IMG/VR virus record: IMGVR_UViG_3300024259_001623
From: a virus
Lineage: Duplodnaviria; Caudoviricetes
Length of the DNA stretch: 64,000 bases
Direction: 5' to 3' (one strand)
Below are positions 10,046 through 20,716 of the stretch, one piece after another. Each line of letters opens with the position of its first letter. Within the stretch, counting starts at the first letter, position 1. The position numbers were made by a program, and so were the translations under genes. The notes beneath the pieces were generated by a model. That model ran no database searches. It saw only the letters and a program-made list of their open reading frames with translations, and had not been told where the DNA came from.

Positions 10046-11271
10046 ATCGAAAACTTTCTCTTATCTATATCGCCTGTTTTTTCTACTTTCATATTCTGAC
10101 TAGCTAAATATTCACATATTCTCTTATAAGGGAAATTTCTTTTTTTACTTTTTTCCCAAGGCATATTGTGACTTTCCAACAATATTATCCCGCCCTTTTT
10201 AAGATAAGATAAAGTCTTATCACAAAAATCTGTATAATCCATTTGTGCCCATCTATATATAGCTAGTAAAAATATAACATCATATTTATCTTGACCCATA
10301 AACCTAGAGTATGGGGATGAAACAAAAGTTAAATTAGAATTGCCCAAAAACGTAGCCGTTCTCTGAGCGATATCAATAAGAGAACGATTAACATCTAATC
10401 CCATAATAGATTTTACATATTTAGAAACATAGTTGTCGAAAAATCCACAGTTACATCCAACATCCAAAACAGTCTTATCTTTAGATAAAAATTCTTCTAT
10501 TCCATAAATATGAAATCTACTTTCAGTAGCCCGAAAACCTTTTATATTTAATGGCTCATAACTTTGATAAAATATACCATTTCCAAAATCTTGCTTCTCT
10601 TTGGCATATACTTTTCTTATCATGTTTTTGAATTCAAATACATTAGTGTTCTTATCTATGTCATCAACAAAAGTATTTACTTTAGAAACGATATCATCTA
10701 CGCTATCAAACGGGACATATTCTTTCTTAGGATGACATCTTCTCAAGAGCCTCCAGTCTTTCAAAAACACAGGAACGCCTACACTATGACATAAATGAGC
10801 CATACCAGAATCAATACCAATAAATAGATCAGATTCAGATGCTATCTTGATATCTTCTTCCATAGATAATGGATGACCTAACTTCACACACTCAAAAGGC
10901 ATTTTACTCAATATCTCTTCTATCTCAGCATTATCAATCTTCTTTTCATCTCTGCCCTTTGTATCTGTATGCAATTGATAACATATTCTGTTATGCCTTT
11001 TATTCTTCCATCTCACCTTTGTATTAACATAATCATATTTATGTCTTCTTGTTCCATATTTCCTTTGACCTTCAGAATACATCTCATCTACCCATTCTAT
11101 AGATGCGTCAGTAGTATCCAGTACATTTAGTATATCTTTAACAACCTTTGCTCGTATCATTTTATTAGATACAAATACTGTTTCTTTTGAAGTCCTACTT
11201 TTATGAACTAACATACTAGCGAAAGCCCATAAGTTGCCAAAATGGCTTTTTACTTTTCCATATATAAACAT
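10033..11271 (-). CDS. GT9-like domain fused to class I SAM methyltransferase
   Basis: SDLFIGIDSGMAHLCHSVGVP (GT9) and VLDVGCNCGFF...GLDVN (MTase motif I). Confidence 0.75.
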   Translation of the reverse strand: MFIYGKVKSHFGNLWAFASMLVHKSRTSKETVFVSNKMIRAKVVKDILNVLDTTDASIEWVDEMYSEGQRKYGTRRHKYDYVNTKVRWKNKRHNRICYQLHTDTKGRDEKKIDNAEIEEILSKMPFECVKLGHPLSMEEDIKIASESDLFIGIDSGMAHLCHSVGVPVFLKDWRLLRRCHPKKEYVPFDSVDDIVSKVNTFVDDIDKNTNVFEFKNMIRKVYAKEKQDFGNGIFYQSYEPLNIKGFRATESRFHIYGIEEFLSKDKTVLDVGCNCGFFDNYVSKYVKSIMGLDVNRSLIDIAQRTATFLGNSNLTFVSSPYSRFMGQDKYDVIFLLAIYRWAQMDYTDFCDKTLSYLKKGGIILLESHNMPWEKSKKRNFPYKRICEYLASQNMKVEKTGDIDKRKFSIWKK

Positions 11272-11272
11272 T

Positions 11273-12232
11273 TTATTGTAGTCCTAATAGTTTAAATGCT
11301 AATCTATAAGCATTGGGATATTCCACGTTATTTTTATACCATTTTAATGCGTTATCAGAAACATACTTCAAGAAATCTTTATCTCTTATGCAAGACTGGT
11401 ATCTTTCTCTGATAGCCTCTGGCAAATTTTTATCTGTTTCTTCACAATTTACAGATATATAATGATAATTTGGCATTAAAGAATCATAAAACGAATTGAT
11501 AAGTTTAGGCATAATAACAGGAGTGCCTATCCCCATTATCTCAATTTCTCTATGAGAAAAATTACCACCGCCTGGTAATGATAAAAGTATTCTATGTTCA
11601 GACAATTCTCTTAAATATTCACTATATGACAACTTACCTTGAGGAGTCTCACAGATATCAGATAATTTTTCTAAAACAGTCCCTCTTCCAAAATAAAGAC
11701 TTCCTCTAAAAACCATCTTCTTTTTTCTAGTAAGATTATCTCTTAATTTCAATTCATTAATTATTTTATTATATTGTATAGGGAAACATGGGAAATATGT
11801 ATAAGGTAAAAATCTCTTATCATAAGTGCTTTGCTTATTGTATTGGCATTTTAAAATACATTTCAACTGTTCTGACGCCAACATCTTTCTATAAAAAAAT
11901 CTTTGATTATGTTCCCATGTATCCTTCAAGTCTATAATATAAAAATCATCTTCTCCTAATACTCTAAAAGATATCATGTTTTTAAGAGATTGTATCTTTT
12001 CTCCATCAATTAACTTCCTTGCTCTTTTACATCTGACTTCTCCACCATTCTCAACAACATATTGGCTAAAATTGCAAGCCAACTCTTCATAGAGATTGTA
12101 ATTAGTACCTATATTCCATCTTATACTGATGGTCTTTCCATCAATTTTGTTTATCTTATCATCAATTTGATCGGGCTGTTTGGCCGTCTTATGTATAAGA
12201 ATTTTATTTTTTTGGAGATTCTTTTGTTCCAT
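11273..12232 (-). CDS. GT-B type glycosyltransferase-like protein (GT90/CAP10-like)
   Basis: MVFRGS, LSYSEYLRELSEHRILLSLPGGGN..HREIE, LMPNYHYI. Confidence 0.55.
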   Translation of the reverse strand: MEQKNLQKNKILIHKTAKQPDQIDDKINKIDGKTISIRWNIGTNYNLYEELACNFSQYVVENGGEVRCKRARKLIDGEKIQSLKNMISFRVLGEDDFYIIDLKDTWEHNQRFFYRKMLASEQLKCILKCQYNKQSTYDKRFLPYTYFPCFPIQYNKIINELKLRDNLTRKKKMVFRGSLYFGRGTVLEKLSDICETPQGKLSYSEYLRELSEHRILLSLPGGGNFSHREIEIMGIGTPVIMPKLINSFYDSLMPNYHYISVNCEETDKNLPEAIRERYQSCIRDKDFLKYVSDNALKWYKNNVEYPNAYRLAFKLLGLQ

Positions 12233-13505
12233 ACCAAATTATATTTTTCTTTTTCTCTTTTTTCTTAAAAATAGCTCTTTTTTCCACAACATCTCTGTCT
12301 AATCTTTGAAGCATATTGGTAATATCATCACCAACTGTTTCCATACTGTTCATATTTTGTTTGAATTCCTCTACTGACTGTTTAGCCAAATCTAAATTTT
12401 TTCTTGCTATATCCAATTCTTTTTTAACTTTATTTTTAATTTCTTTCTGATCAATCTGCGGCTTAATATTTTCTTTCGGTTTAGTTTTTCCTTCTCTTTG
12501 TTCTTGCTTTAATCGCTTTTGCTCTAGCATCTTTGCTTTATCTGCTTCTTTCTTTTTACTATTTTTGTCGTACATCCCAGAACTTCTTTCTTTACTAAAA
12601 TCGTCTGGGAGTAATTCCGTAGTAACCTTAACTGCTTTATCAAAATCAACAAAATCGAAAACCTTTAACCTAGAATCTGGATTACAATTATAAATATACA
12701 AATCATTTTCTTCAAAAATAGGCTTCAATTGGGTGAATCTTTTTTTCAACTTATTATATGTTCCATTGTTGCCTTTAATAGACGAAGGACTTCTATCTTG
12801 ATCAAAATGATATTTAGTATCCTTATCCATGTTGAAATCGACGCCTAGCAAATATATTGTTCTAATACCTAAAAAGAATAAAATTCTTATGGCAGGCAAC
12901 ATCACAGAACGACCACCGCCCCATTTAGAATGATCTCCCCAATTTATAGAATCTTCAATCAAAAAGTTATCTGCTATAAACTTCTCATTTCTTCTGTAAT
13001 AAAAAACATTTGGACAATCGCCGACTTTAATATTGGATTCTTTCCATGTTTCATTATCAAAAATATTTTTTTCGGAGTGGGCCAAAGGACAGAACTTCAT
13101 CATCTTGGGGTCCATCCAAATTGATTTCATAAAATTCTGAGGATTATCAACGCTAATCCACATATTAGTCCTAAAACTTTTAACAGCGTTGTTGATACCC
13201 ATCGACAAAACACCTGGCCGAGCCATCTTCTCCTTGTCTACATCGGCGAAGCTTGGACCACCGGCAACAAGAAAACAAGAGCTTCCTTTATACATATCCC
13301 CCAAAAATATAGGAAGAGCATCTCTATTAAACAAAAGCGGAGATGGCTGAACATAATTGGTAAATTTAAAACCCAAGTTTCTATCTCTTCCGTGTCTAAA
13401 TCTTAAAAAATCTGCCTTATCTCTGCCTGCTCCCCCTGGAGCATTATGTATAATACCACCAGAGACTTTACCTTCTCTAGTCGTTATTCCTACTTTCTTT
13501 TCCAT
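12204..13505 (-). CDS. Maf/DUF115 (MptE-like) domain protein with C-terminal coiled coil
   Basis: SCFLVAGGPSF, GINNA, WISVD, SVMLPAIRILFFLGIRTIYLLGVDF, IYNCNPDS. Confidence 0.65.
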   Translation of the reverse strand: MEKKVGITTREGKVSGGIIHNAPGGAGRDKADFLRFRHGRDRNLGFKFTNYVQPSPLLFNRDALPIFLGDMYKGSSCFLVAGGPSFADVDKEKMARPGVLSMGINNAVKSFRTNMWISVDNPQNFMKSIWMDPKMMKFCPLAHSEKNIFDNETWKESNIKVGDCPNVFYYRRNEKFIADNFLIEDSINWGDHSKWGGGRSVMLPAIRILFFLGIRTIYLLGVDFNMDKDTKYHFDQDRSPSSIKGNNGTYNKLKKRFTQLKPIFEENDLYIYNCNPDSRLKVFDFVDFDKAVKVTTELLPDDFSKERSSGMYDKNSKKKEADKAKMLEQKRLKQEQREGKTKPKENIKPQIDQKEIKNKVKKELDIARKNLDLAKQSVEEFKQNMNSMETVGDDITNMLQRLDRDVVEKRAIFKKKEKKKNIIWYGTKESPKK

Positions 13506-14031
13506 AAATTGTTTCCTGTATTTTATGAAGATAACAATACAAAATAATTATACTAACTAGATATAACACAAGAAATGATGAAATTAAAATGTAAAAATTA
13601 TTATTAAGTTTTTCTACATTGTCGTTTATTTTTTGTATATCATCAACTCCATCATCTTGTCTATCTTTTTCTTTTAGTTTTTCTTTTTCTTTCTCTATTT
13701 CAGATATGCATAAAGCTATCTTTTCTACATCTTCATCAATTTTTACTTCACTATTGACCTTTTTGAGTTTCAACGAGATATTGTATACAGAATCATATAT
13801 ATCCTTAATTTTATCAACAATAACAGAAAGCTCTATGTCAACAGTTTTTGACTTTACCTCTTCTGTGGCCTTGACAGGTAATTCTACAGGCACAGGCTTC
13901 TCTATAGGCTTTTCTGTGTTTTCTGGTACTGTTGTTGGATTAACATCGTTTACCTTGAATATTTCTTTTGCACTACATCCGGCACCAAATAACGTTGTTA
14001 TCAAAATTATACATATAAAGATATTTTTCAT
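13477..14031 (-). CDS. Putative lipoprotein with a C-terminal transmembrane helix
   Basis: Signal peptide with lipobox-like LFGAGC, Pro-rich linker, coiled coil and hydrophobic C-terminal helix. Confidence 0.55.
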   Translation of the reverse strand: MKNIFICIILITTLFGAGCSAKEIFKVNDVNPTTVPENTEKPIEKPVPVELPVKATEEVKSKTVDIELSVIVDKIKDIYDSVYNISLKLKKVNSEVKIDEDVEKIALCISEIEKEKEKLKEKDRQDDGVDDIQKINDNVEKLNNNFYILISSFLVLYLVSIIILYCYLHKIQETIYGKESRNND

Positions 14032-14032
14032 A

Positions 14033-14806
14033 TCATTCTACCATATATCTGTTATTGATCTCTCTTGCTTTTTTATCGACAGCTTCCTTGTTTCCTAAAC
14101 TGAAATCCACAAACAATCCAATTTGACACTGACTTTCATAATATTTCTTTTCATAACCTGATACATACTTATAATCTTGGTCACCAGCATCTTGACTTTC
14201 TTTTATTAATTCATCAAATGTCTTTTCTTCATTATCAATTTTTCTTTCTATTAAGTCTTGAGCAATTCCCTTACTAAAAACATATCCTTCTGGCTGATTC
14301 TTAAAAACCTTCAAAACATAACCGCCTGTATCACCTTCCTGGAAAGAAGGATTCAATTGGAATCTCTTCAAAGAAATATTACTCAACGGGAATAATGTTT
14401 TAAGAAAATCGTCAAGAACTTTAGGAGGTACGTTTTCTGCTTGTCCTTTGTCTATTGGAGTGAACTTTCTCAATTTATATGCCAATCTTTCCCTTCTTCC
14501 GTTAAGCAGTAGTTTTTCTCCTACCTTTTCCTCAAATGATTCTAAAAGGTCATATGCTTCTTTGTCGATATTGTCATCTGAAAATTCGTTTACTAAAACG
14601 CCAAAAAAACTATCTGGAACGGCATTAACACTAAATTTAGTATTAATATCTTCGCTATCAAAAGAACCACCCTTGAATCCACCATCTATCTCAATCTTTT
14701 CATCATTCTCGTTATCTTCAAAACTACATACAAGTTCTTCTGCAAGCGTTTCGGCATTGTCATCACTAAAAATTACTGTAAGTCTGTCTTTCTCTTGTGT
14801 ATCCAT
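14033..14806 (-). CDS. Acidic hypothetical protein
   Basis: 257-aa ORF in the operon. Confidence 0.7.
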   Translation of the reverse strand: MDTQEKDRLTVIFSDDNAETLAEELVCSFEDNENDEKIEIDGGFKGGSFDSEDINTKFSVNAVPDSFFGVLVNEFSDDNIDKEAYDLLESFEEKVGEKLLLNGRRERLAYKLRKFTPIDKGQAENVPPKVLDDFLKTLFPLSNISLKRFQLNPSFQEGDTGGYVLKVFKNQPEGYVFSKGIAQDLIERKIDNEEKTFDELIKESQDAGDQDYKYVSGYEKKYYESQCQIGLFVDFSLGNKEAVDKKAREINNRYMVE

Positions 14807-14897
14807 AATAAAAAATCCTATATTTAAACGATATCTTTATAATTAAATATCGGAAAAATATAGGATTTTTTATATGAATCTTAATAATTTTATATCA

Positions 14898-15746
14898 TTA
14901 AGACAGACATGTGCCACAATTAGGACAGAACTTGGTTCTGGCATTGTATTTGCGACCACAGGTTTCACATGTTATTTTTGTCTTCACTGTAACAGGTTTC
15001 TTGACTATTTTTTTCTCTTTTCCAGTAGAGCCTTTTAAATTGAAGATTATAACATGAGTCTGTTCTTCCATCTGACCCAAATAAGTTCTGTTATAATGCT
15101 GATTCATTTGGCTACCCTTTACAGTTATCCCCTCATCAACTTGATTTTCAAAAGAATTATCAAAAGCATTATTATCAATCAGGCTTTTTGCTTGATCCAT
15201 CCCTCTATCAAAATTACTAGATTGCATACGAATATCACCACCGCAGGTTCTAGTTTCTCTACTTCTTAAAACATTACCACTTCCTATTGGTGGCAAACCA
15301 TCCTTGTAATAAATCTCATTTCCCCAAGATCCCCCAATAGTATCATGCAACCAAAACTTATCGTACCTAGGAGCATACTGGGTTGGAGGTTTTTCAAATT
15401 GATACTCAATTCTCAAAAGACCATCATCAATTTTATCTCCCCGATGATCAGATATTTCATCTGTTTTTTGAATAAACCTGAATTTATTCCTTACAGACGA
15501 CCCTTTCATAAAACCTTCCAAGTCTGTTGTTTCGTTAGCGTCAACAACAAGACGATGACCATCCAGAACGTCTTCTCCATCAATAGATACAGAAATTGCC
15601 GCTCTAGTACTATTGAGATTTTTGAATCTTATAGAATATTCCGATCCAAAAGGTAAACGAACGTCATCAGAACCTGGATTTCTGATTTCTCTGAGGATTT
15701 GACCATTGCACATTACGACAGCGACTAGTTTTTCATTGTAGACCAT
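14898..15746 (-). CDS. Hypothetical protein with C-terminal zinc ribbon
   Basis: Ends CETCGRKYNARTKFCPNCG; AGGAG RBS. Confidence 0.75.
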   Translation of the reverse strand: MVYNEKLVAVVMCNGQILREIRNPGSDDVRLPFGSEYSIRFKNLNSTRAAISVSIDGEDVLDGHRLVVDANETTDLEGFMKGSSVRNKFRFIQKTDEISDHRGDKIDDGLLRIEYQFEKPPTQYAPRYDKFWLHDTIGGSWGNEIYYKDGLPPIGSGNVLRSRETRTCGGDIRMQSSNFDRGMDQAKSLIDNNAFDNSFENQVDEGITVKGSQMNQHYNRTYLGQMEEQTHVIIFNLKGSTGKEKKIVKKPVTVKTKITCETCGRKYNARTKFCPNCGTCLS

Positions 15747-15821
15747 GATTAGTCTCCTATTCTGTAAGCGCTTCGGCTAGACGCTTGATCCTATTTAAAG
15801 CCGAATTAGGACATCTACTCA

Positions 15822-15850
15822 ATTATACATCGTCAAATAGCAGAAAGCAA
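15822..15850 (-). promoter_or_regulatory. Sigma70-type promoter for 14898..15746
   Basis: Minus strand TTGCTT-N17-TATAAT, with TG immediately before the -10 box. Confidence 0.65.
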
Positions 15851-15906
15851 GTTAAATTTTGGAAGGATATTAACTTTTTTATTACTATTTTAATTAAAGG
15901 TGATAT

Positions 15907-16984
15907 ATGAATTGGTACAAAATAATCAAAATATCTCAGATATGGAATATAGATGAAGATTCTCATTTCCATAAACTTGTATATTCTCTATACGAGATGG
16001 AATATAAACTCCATATGTTGAAAAACCCATAACATAAGAGGAATGGAAGGATCATCCTCTTTTTCACCTAGGCATATAAATATAATAGAAAACGTAGAAG
16101 AATCATTACAAAAAATAATTTCTAAAATAAAACCTGTTCTTACGACCGTTTTTAGTACTTGGCTTAGAGGTCATGCCTTAACTGATCCAGAAATATGGGC
16201 AGAGAGAAGAGTAGAAGAAGCGGCTCAGTATAACGAATCATCAAGAGAAAAAATATCCGCAGCATTAGTAGAATATAAAGACTATTTGCATAATAGACAA
16301 CAATGGCTACAATATGGTCAAAAAGTGGATTGGCCTTCAATATTGCGAGAACTATTCAACTCTGCTGGAGATTTAAATTCCATTCCATCATTACAAGAAA
16401 TAAAAAACAGATATCAAGATGATTGGAGAGAAAGCTTAGAAGTGGAATTAGAAGATAGTGGACTAGAAGATTTCAACGATCAACAAGGAACTGATTTTGA
16501 GACAGAAGAAGCAGCTATGGAATATGTAAATAATTATGAAGTAGACGATTATATGTTTTTTGATTTATATTCAAACGAAGATTCATTAATAGGCGAATTA
16601 GAAATGTTCGGGAATGTAGATAATTTTACAAAAGAAATATATCAAAATTTCGTTTTCCCTCAGTGGTACAGATATTGGAGAGCAAAAGGAATAGATGAAA
16701 CAAGAAAAAATGTTGAAGCATCTTATAAAATGATGTTAGAAGCCTCATCTATAAAAGAAAATATAACCGCTATCAATGTAGCAATTAATACCTATCATCA
16801 GAGCGGAAGTATGATGGACAAACTAACCGAATATGGTGCAGTCAGCGAGGGTGGAGATTTTGAAGATGATCTTGAATCTGAATTAGCATATACAGAAATT
16901 ATGTCTTTGTTATCAAATCTCAGTAAAGGCAAATACACAGAAGAATGGAACAAAGAACTAAAAGATATTGGTCTTAATATATAA
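15907..16984 (+). pseudogene. MNWYK-leader gene split by a one-base frameshift (or an assembly indel)
   Basis: ATG 15907 gives MNWYKIIKISQ...MLKNP*, with TAA at 16030. The next frame is open from 16022 into the 313-aa ORF 16043..16984. Removing one A from TTG-AAAAA-CCC fuses the two. Confidence 0.6.
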
Positions 16985-17014
16985 AAGACGATAATAAAAG
17001 AAAAAGGATATACT

Positions 17015-18058
17015 ATGATAGATATTTTTGTACCGGGAAGACTTTGTATCGTTGGAGAACACTCTGATTGGGCAAGCAAATATAGAAAACAAAATCCCAG
17101 TATAGAAAAAGGATATGCTATAGTCCTACCAACAAATCAAGGAAATAAGGCGTCAGTAACACAAATAGACCAAAATATTCTACGTTTCCGTAATCCAGAT
17201 AACAAAATAAAAGAAATCTCCCTAGATGATAATAGCTCATCACTGGTAGCCAAAAGAAGTAAGTATTTTTGCTATGTAGGCGGAACATTAAATGTAATAT
17301 TACAAAGATATAAAGACAAAATAAATCACGGTATAGAAATCAATAACTATTTTTCAGACCTTCCTATCAAAAAAGGGTTATCAAGTTCAGCTTCTATATG
17401 TGTTCTTGTAGCAAAGTCGTTTAACCAGCTATTCAATCTTAATATGACTATTGATGAAGAAGTAGAAATAGCATATCTAGGAGAACTAATGACATCTTCT
17501 AGGTGCGGAAGAATGGATCAATGCTGTGCATATAATAAACCAATAATGATAGAGTTCGATGGAGATCAAATACAAGTCAAAGATATTAATATTAAAACAG
17601 ATTTTCATTTCATAATTGTAGATCTAAAAAAAACCAAAAATACCAAAAAGATATTAACTAAATTAAATACTGGCTTTCCTTTCCCAATAAATAAACTAGA
17701 TGAAGAAAAACAAAACTTTCTCGGCAAATTCAATAAGCTTTTAGTAGAGTTCTCAAAAAAATATTTTGAAAATAATTGCCATGAAGTCCTAGGACAACTA
17801 ATGACAAAACATCAAGATATGTTTGACAAAATTCTATGCCCATATTGTGAGAAAGAACTAAAAGAACCTAAACTACATGAAATAATGAAATACGAAGATA
17901 TACAGGATCTAATGTATGGAATAAAAGGAGTAGGAAGTCATGGAGATGGAACAGCACAAATACTGGCTAAAAATAAAGAAGCCCAAGACAAAATAATCGA
18001 GTTACTAGAAAATAACTTTGATGTATCTTGTCTTGAGCTAACTTTAGAATCAAACTAA
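17015..18058 (+). CDS. GHMP-family sugar kinase (galactokinase-like)
   Basis: PGRLCIVGEHSD, LPIKKGLSSSAS, CGRMDQ, KGVGSHGDG. Confidence 0.85.
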   Translation: MIDIFVPGRLCIVGEHSDWASKYRKQNPSIEKGYAIVLPTNQGNKASVTQIDQNILRFRNPDNKIKEISLDDNSSSLVAKRSKYFCYVGGTLNVILQRYKDKINHGIEINNYFSDLPIKKGLSSSASICVLVAKSFNQLFNLNMTIDEEVEIAYLGELMTSSRCGRMDQCCAYNKPIMIEFDGDQIQVKDINIKTDFHFIIVDLKKTKNTKKILTKLNTGFPFPINKLDEEKQNFLGKFNKLLVEFSKKYFENNCHEVLGQLMTKHQDMFDKILCPYCEKELKEPKLHEIMKYEDIQDLMYGIKGVGSHGDGTAQILAKNKEAQDKIIELLENNFDVSCLELTLESN

Positions 18059-18059
18059 A

Positions 18060-18773
18060 TTATATTTTCTTTTTAATCTTCTTGATAAGCTTTTGTATTC
18101 CTTCATCTTGAGCGCTCGTCAAATGAGCAGTAAATCTATTCTTTTCATCTTCTTCAAGTTCATCCCTATATGCTTGAACACCTTTCACTGTTTGTCTCAA
18201 AGGCTTTTCTGCTTTGAACCATGAGAATATCTTTTCTACGACACTTCCGAGTATAGGAACTAAACTGGCTATTCCTCTTAAAATCATAACAGCAAAAGGT
18301 CCAACTACAGGAACGAAAGTCAAAATGATCAGTATCACAAATCCAAATGATATTGTCCAGAATAATGATTTTATTCTAACCCATAGTTGTTCAGCCCACC
18401 CATATCCTTTCATTTGTCCTATAGCTATACCATCTTCATTATAGTTTATTCCTTGGTCTTTTGAAGCTGCTTCTGTTGCTCCTAAACCAAACCAACTCAT
18501 AACCCTGAGGTAGTTTTTATCTGATGTAGCTTTTACACCTTGACCAGATGATTTATGACTACCTTCGCTTTCCATCTCTTCTGTGGTTATAACAACGGAG
18601 TCTCCTTCTTCTAGGTTGTCTATAATTTCTCTCAATTCGCTGTACTCGCTTGTGGGAGCAGAACTATTGCTTGGAGACACTTTATACCCAATTAAAAAAG
18701 AAGCCGCACACAACAAGAATACGACAACCCCAACTTTTATCTTACCAGTAGTAATTGTAAAAACTGTACTCAT
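18060..18773 (-). CDS. Membrane protein
   Basis: N-terminal and internal hydrophobic helices. Confidence 0.7.
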   Translation of the reverse strand: MSTVFTITTGKIKVGVVVFLLCAASFLIGYKVSPSNSSAPTSEYSELREIIDNLEEGDSVVITTEEMESEGSHKSSGQGVKATSDKNYLRVMSWFGLGATEAASKDQGINYNEDGIAIGQMKGYGWAEQLWVRIKSLFWTISFGFVILIILTFVPVVGPFAVMILRGIASLVPILGSVVEKIFSWFKAEKPLRQTVKGVQAYRDELEEDEKNRFTAHLTSAQDEGIQKLIKKIKKKI

Positions 18774-19024
18774 TATATTACCTCCACAATTATTTTACCA
18801 TTCTTTTTCGTGAACTTGTATTTCTTTTTGCCTTTTTCTTTTATATCGATTTTTACATCTTGACCTGGATGATATTTTCTTATTTCTATTATCTTCTTAC
18901 TACTACTTGAGGGACCAATAGTTTCTGTGTAAGGAGCAGTCTTCTCAAGAGTATTAGAACTCATTGCATGAGAACATCCAGACATTAACGCACATAATAA
19001 TACAATAATAAATATTTTTTTCAT
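18773..19024 (-). CDS. Small putative lipoprotein
   Basis: MKKIFIIVLLCALMSGC lipobox. Confidence 0.65.
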   Translation of the reverse strand: MKKIFIIVLLCALMSGCSHAMSSNTLEKTAPYTETIGPSSSSKKIIEIRKYHPGQDVKIDIKEKGKKKYKFTKKNGKIIVEVI

Positions 19025-19221
19025 TGATAAACCTCCAAAAAACTACCTATACATATATCCCTTCATTTATGATTCAAAATAATCCTTTAAAATACGCATA
19101 ACTGTTTTTCCTGACTTATTACGATTTATAATCATTTTTATAGACTTATAATTGTTTTTGAAGTATTTGTTGCATTTGTATCGAAATAAAAATATAATTC
19201 AATATACAAACGGAGATATTT

Positions 19222-19710
19222 ATGAGTATTTATAAAACAATTGTTGAGGAAAAAATAGAAGATTGGCCTAGAGATTGGGATCTTAACTTAATAAAAGCCT
19301 TTACTTCTTATTTCGATTTAAAAGATGATAATGATAACATTATGATCATAGAAGCAAAACCACATTTCCACAAACTATCTTTCTCAAATCATGAAGATAT
19401 AGATCTGAGCAAAGTACATTTCATTCTATCATACAAAACACATTTGTATAAGGTTGTAGTAAACAAAGACGATTTTATGTTTTTTAATATTAATTATATT
19501 AAAAATATGTCAGAAGATAATGAGCATAGACTTGTATTGCAATTAGAGAACATATATGAATCTTGTGAGTCAGAGGTATATGAGTTAATTAAGACTATAG
19601 AAGAAGAAATACTCAATGATTATTGGAAAAGAAACAATGGTGGAGATGATGATAAAGATGACTCTCCTACTATTTATGATCCTTCCGGTAAAAACTTAGT
19701 TCTTACATAA
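19222..19710 (+). CDS. Hypothetical protein
   Basis: 162 aa with GGAG RBS. Confidence 0.7.
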   Translation: MSIYKTIVEEKIEDWPRDWDLNLIKAFTSYFDLKDDNDNIMIIEAKPHFHKLSFSNHEDIDLSKVHFILSYKTHLYKVVVNKDDFMFFNINYIKNMSEDNEHRLVLQLENIYESCESEVYELIKTIEEEILNDYWKRNNGGDDDKDDSPTIYDPSGKNLVLT

Positions 19711-19793
19711 AAATATAAAAAGGAAAACAGTTTTTATTGTTATATCTACAAAATATTACTTATGTTTTTTATATGTATCAAGTGGATGTATAA

Positions 19794-20159
19794 ATGAAAA
19801 CATTAACAATATGTAAAAACAAAGTTGGGTATTGGATTTCTCCTAAAGGTGAAATTTTTGAATCAGAGTTTGAAGACCACGCCATTGTAGTAGCTAAAAT
19901 TTTTGATATTACTTATAAAAAAGACAATTCAATTTTATATTACAGAATTGCTTTTGAAAACAATTTTGTAAGAGTATGTTTATCAAAAGATGAATTAAAT
20001 GTTCAACTAACAAAACCAGCTACTAAAGATCAAGTAAGAATATTACGAGATTTACATGAACATTCAGAAAGAAGTCTAGTAGTCTTTGGTTGTAATGAAA
20101 ATTACACAGATGATAGAATTACCTTTAATAAGGCTATACAGGGGAATACTTTAGAATAA
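19794..20159 (+). CDS. Hypothetical protein (GYWIxPxG...H motif)
   Basis: 121 aa; N-terminus resembles GEYWIDDSG...NHEAY of 40434..41243. Confidence 0.65.
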   Translation: MKTLTICKNKVGYWISPKGEIFESEFEDHAIVVAKIFDITYKKDNSILYYRIAFENNFVRVCLSKDELNVQLTKPATKDQVRILRDLHEHSERSLVVFGCNENYTDDRITFNKAIQGNTLE

Positions 20160-20716
20160 CGAGTTATGCTTTTGCTCGTTTCACTCGCAAAAACCGTTCT
20201 TCTACGAAGAACAGTTAGTTTCTTTCTGTCGTTATCTTTTAGATTTTTTCTATTATTCTTATTAATATCTATGTACTTAGAGTACAGGAATGTAGTACAC
20301 TAAAAAAGTACATAAAAAGATTATTACAGATATGTAAGTTTGATCAGTTGTAGGATATTACCAATTTAATATCTTTGTATTTACTTTGATCTTGGTAACG
20401 CTATTCCTTGCCTACTTGTAAGTTAAGGTATCCCTGCTAGACAACGCCTATAGTTTCAGAGATATTCATTTTATTACTTTTATAGTTACCTTTGTAATAA
20501 AACATTAATAGCTTCTGGATTTTCACTTTCATTGACTTCTACTAAAGTCAACTTATAGTACGAGAAAAACCAAAGTAAACAGTGACAACCTGCTTATAAT
20601 TATACTTCTCGGCAGTTTATTTTACCGACATTAACTAAGAATAAAATTCTTATTTAGATATGATATTATTGTCTTCTATTTTGCCACTATGTGAAAGCAG
20701 GCTAAATAATTTTGAA

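Noticed and set aside
15766-15811. Pistol ribozyme
   Set aside because: It shares TTAAATAG and a pseudoknot strand followed by GCG, but lacks the P1 3' strand and the P3 cleavage hairpin.
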